Below, piece after piece: positions 63,928 to 64,000 of a stretch of DNA of 64,000 bases. The position numbers and the translations under genes are program-made. The stretch's first letter is position 1. Each line of letters begins with the position of its first letter. The notes beneath the pieces are model-generated. The model was given only the letters and a program-made list of their open reading frames with translations. It was not told the DNA's origin and made no database searches. This DNA comes from an uncultured Candidatus Rokubacteria bacterium (lineage in GTDB: Bacteria; Methylomirabilota; Methylomirabilia; Rokubacteriales; CSP1-6): contig CAVYTA010000006.1 of the NCBI GenBank assembly GCA_963771355.1, positions 896,001-960,000 on the forward strand, given 5' to 3'.

Positions 63928-64000
63928 ATGGCGAGTGACGAGCGGCAGGCGAAGGGCTTCGCGGGCGGGCAGCAGGAGGACGAGTCGCCCCCCGAGGAGA
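63928..64000 (+). CDS. 5' end of a gene, probably 30S ribosomal protein S1 (by synteny only)
   Basis: ATG after AAGGA, open to the window end. cmk-plsC-rpsA is a common order, but no diagnostic motif is visible. Confidence 0.4.
   Translation, partial: MASDERQAKGFAGGQQEDESPPEE

Overview
GC-rich (roughly 70% by eye) diderm bacterial chromosome segment. The gene style suggests Candidatus Rokubacteria/Methylomirabilota, but this is inference only. From 2310 to the end, about 62 kb of tightly packed + strand housekeeping genes: M16 peptidase pair, rhomboid, ManC/PMM fusion, tlyA-nadK-recN, secA, smc, rodZ, ftsY, rib operon, nusB, lnt, frameshifted prfB, lysS, lolE/D, clpC, bamA-skp, a lipid A/LPS-core cluster, trpS, scpAB, rluB, pheA-hisC-tyrA-aroA-cmk-plsC and a probable rpsA start. 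The only minus-strand gene (1967..544) is the stand-out. After removing two single-base insertions it encodes a 473-aa secreted protein. It carries 40 exact TQDVNAPR octapeptides plus Arg-terminated variants between two Cys-containing helical ends. It has its own sigma-54-type promoter, IHF-like site, RBS and terminator. It lies head-to-head with an exported M16B peptidase heterodimer and a rhomboid protease, making it a candidate multi-copy peptide precursor with its processing proteases. No rRNA, tRNA, CRISPR or mobile element was recognised.
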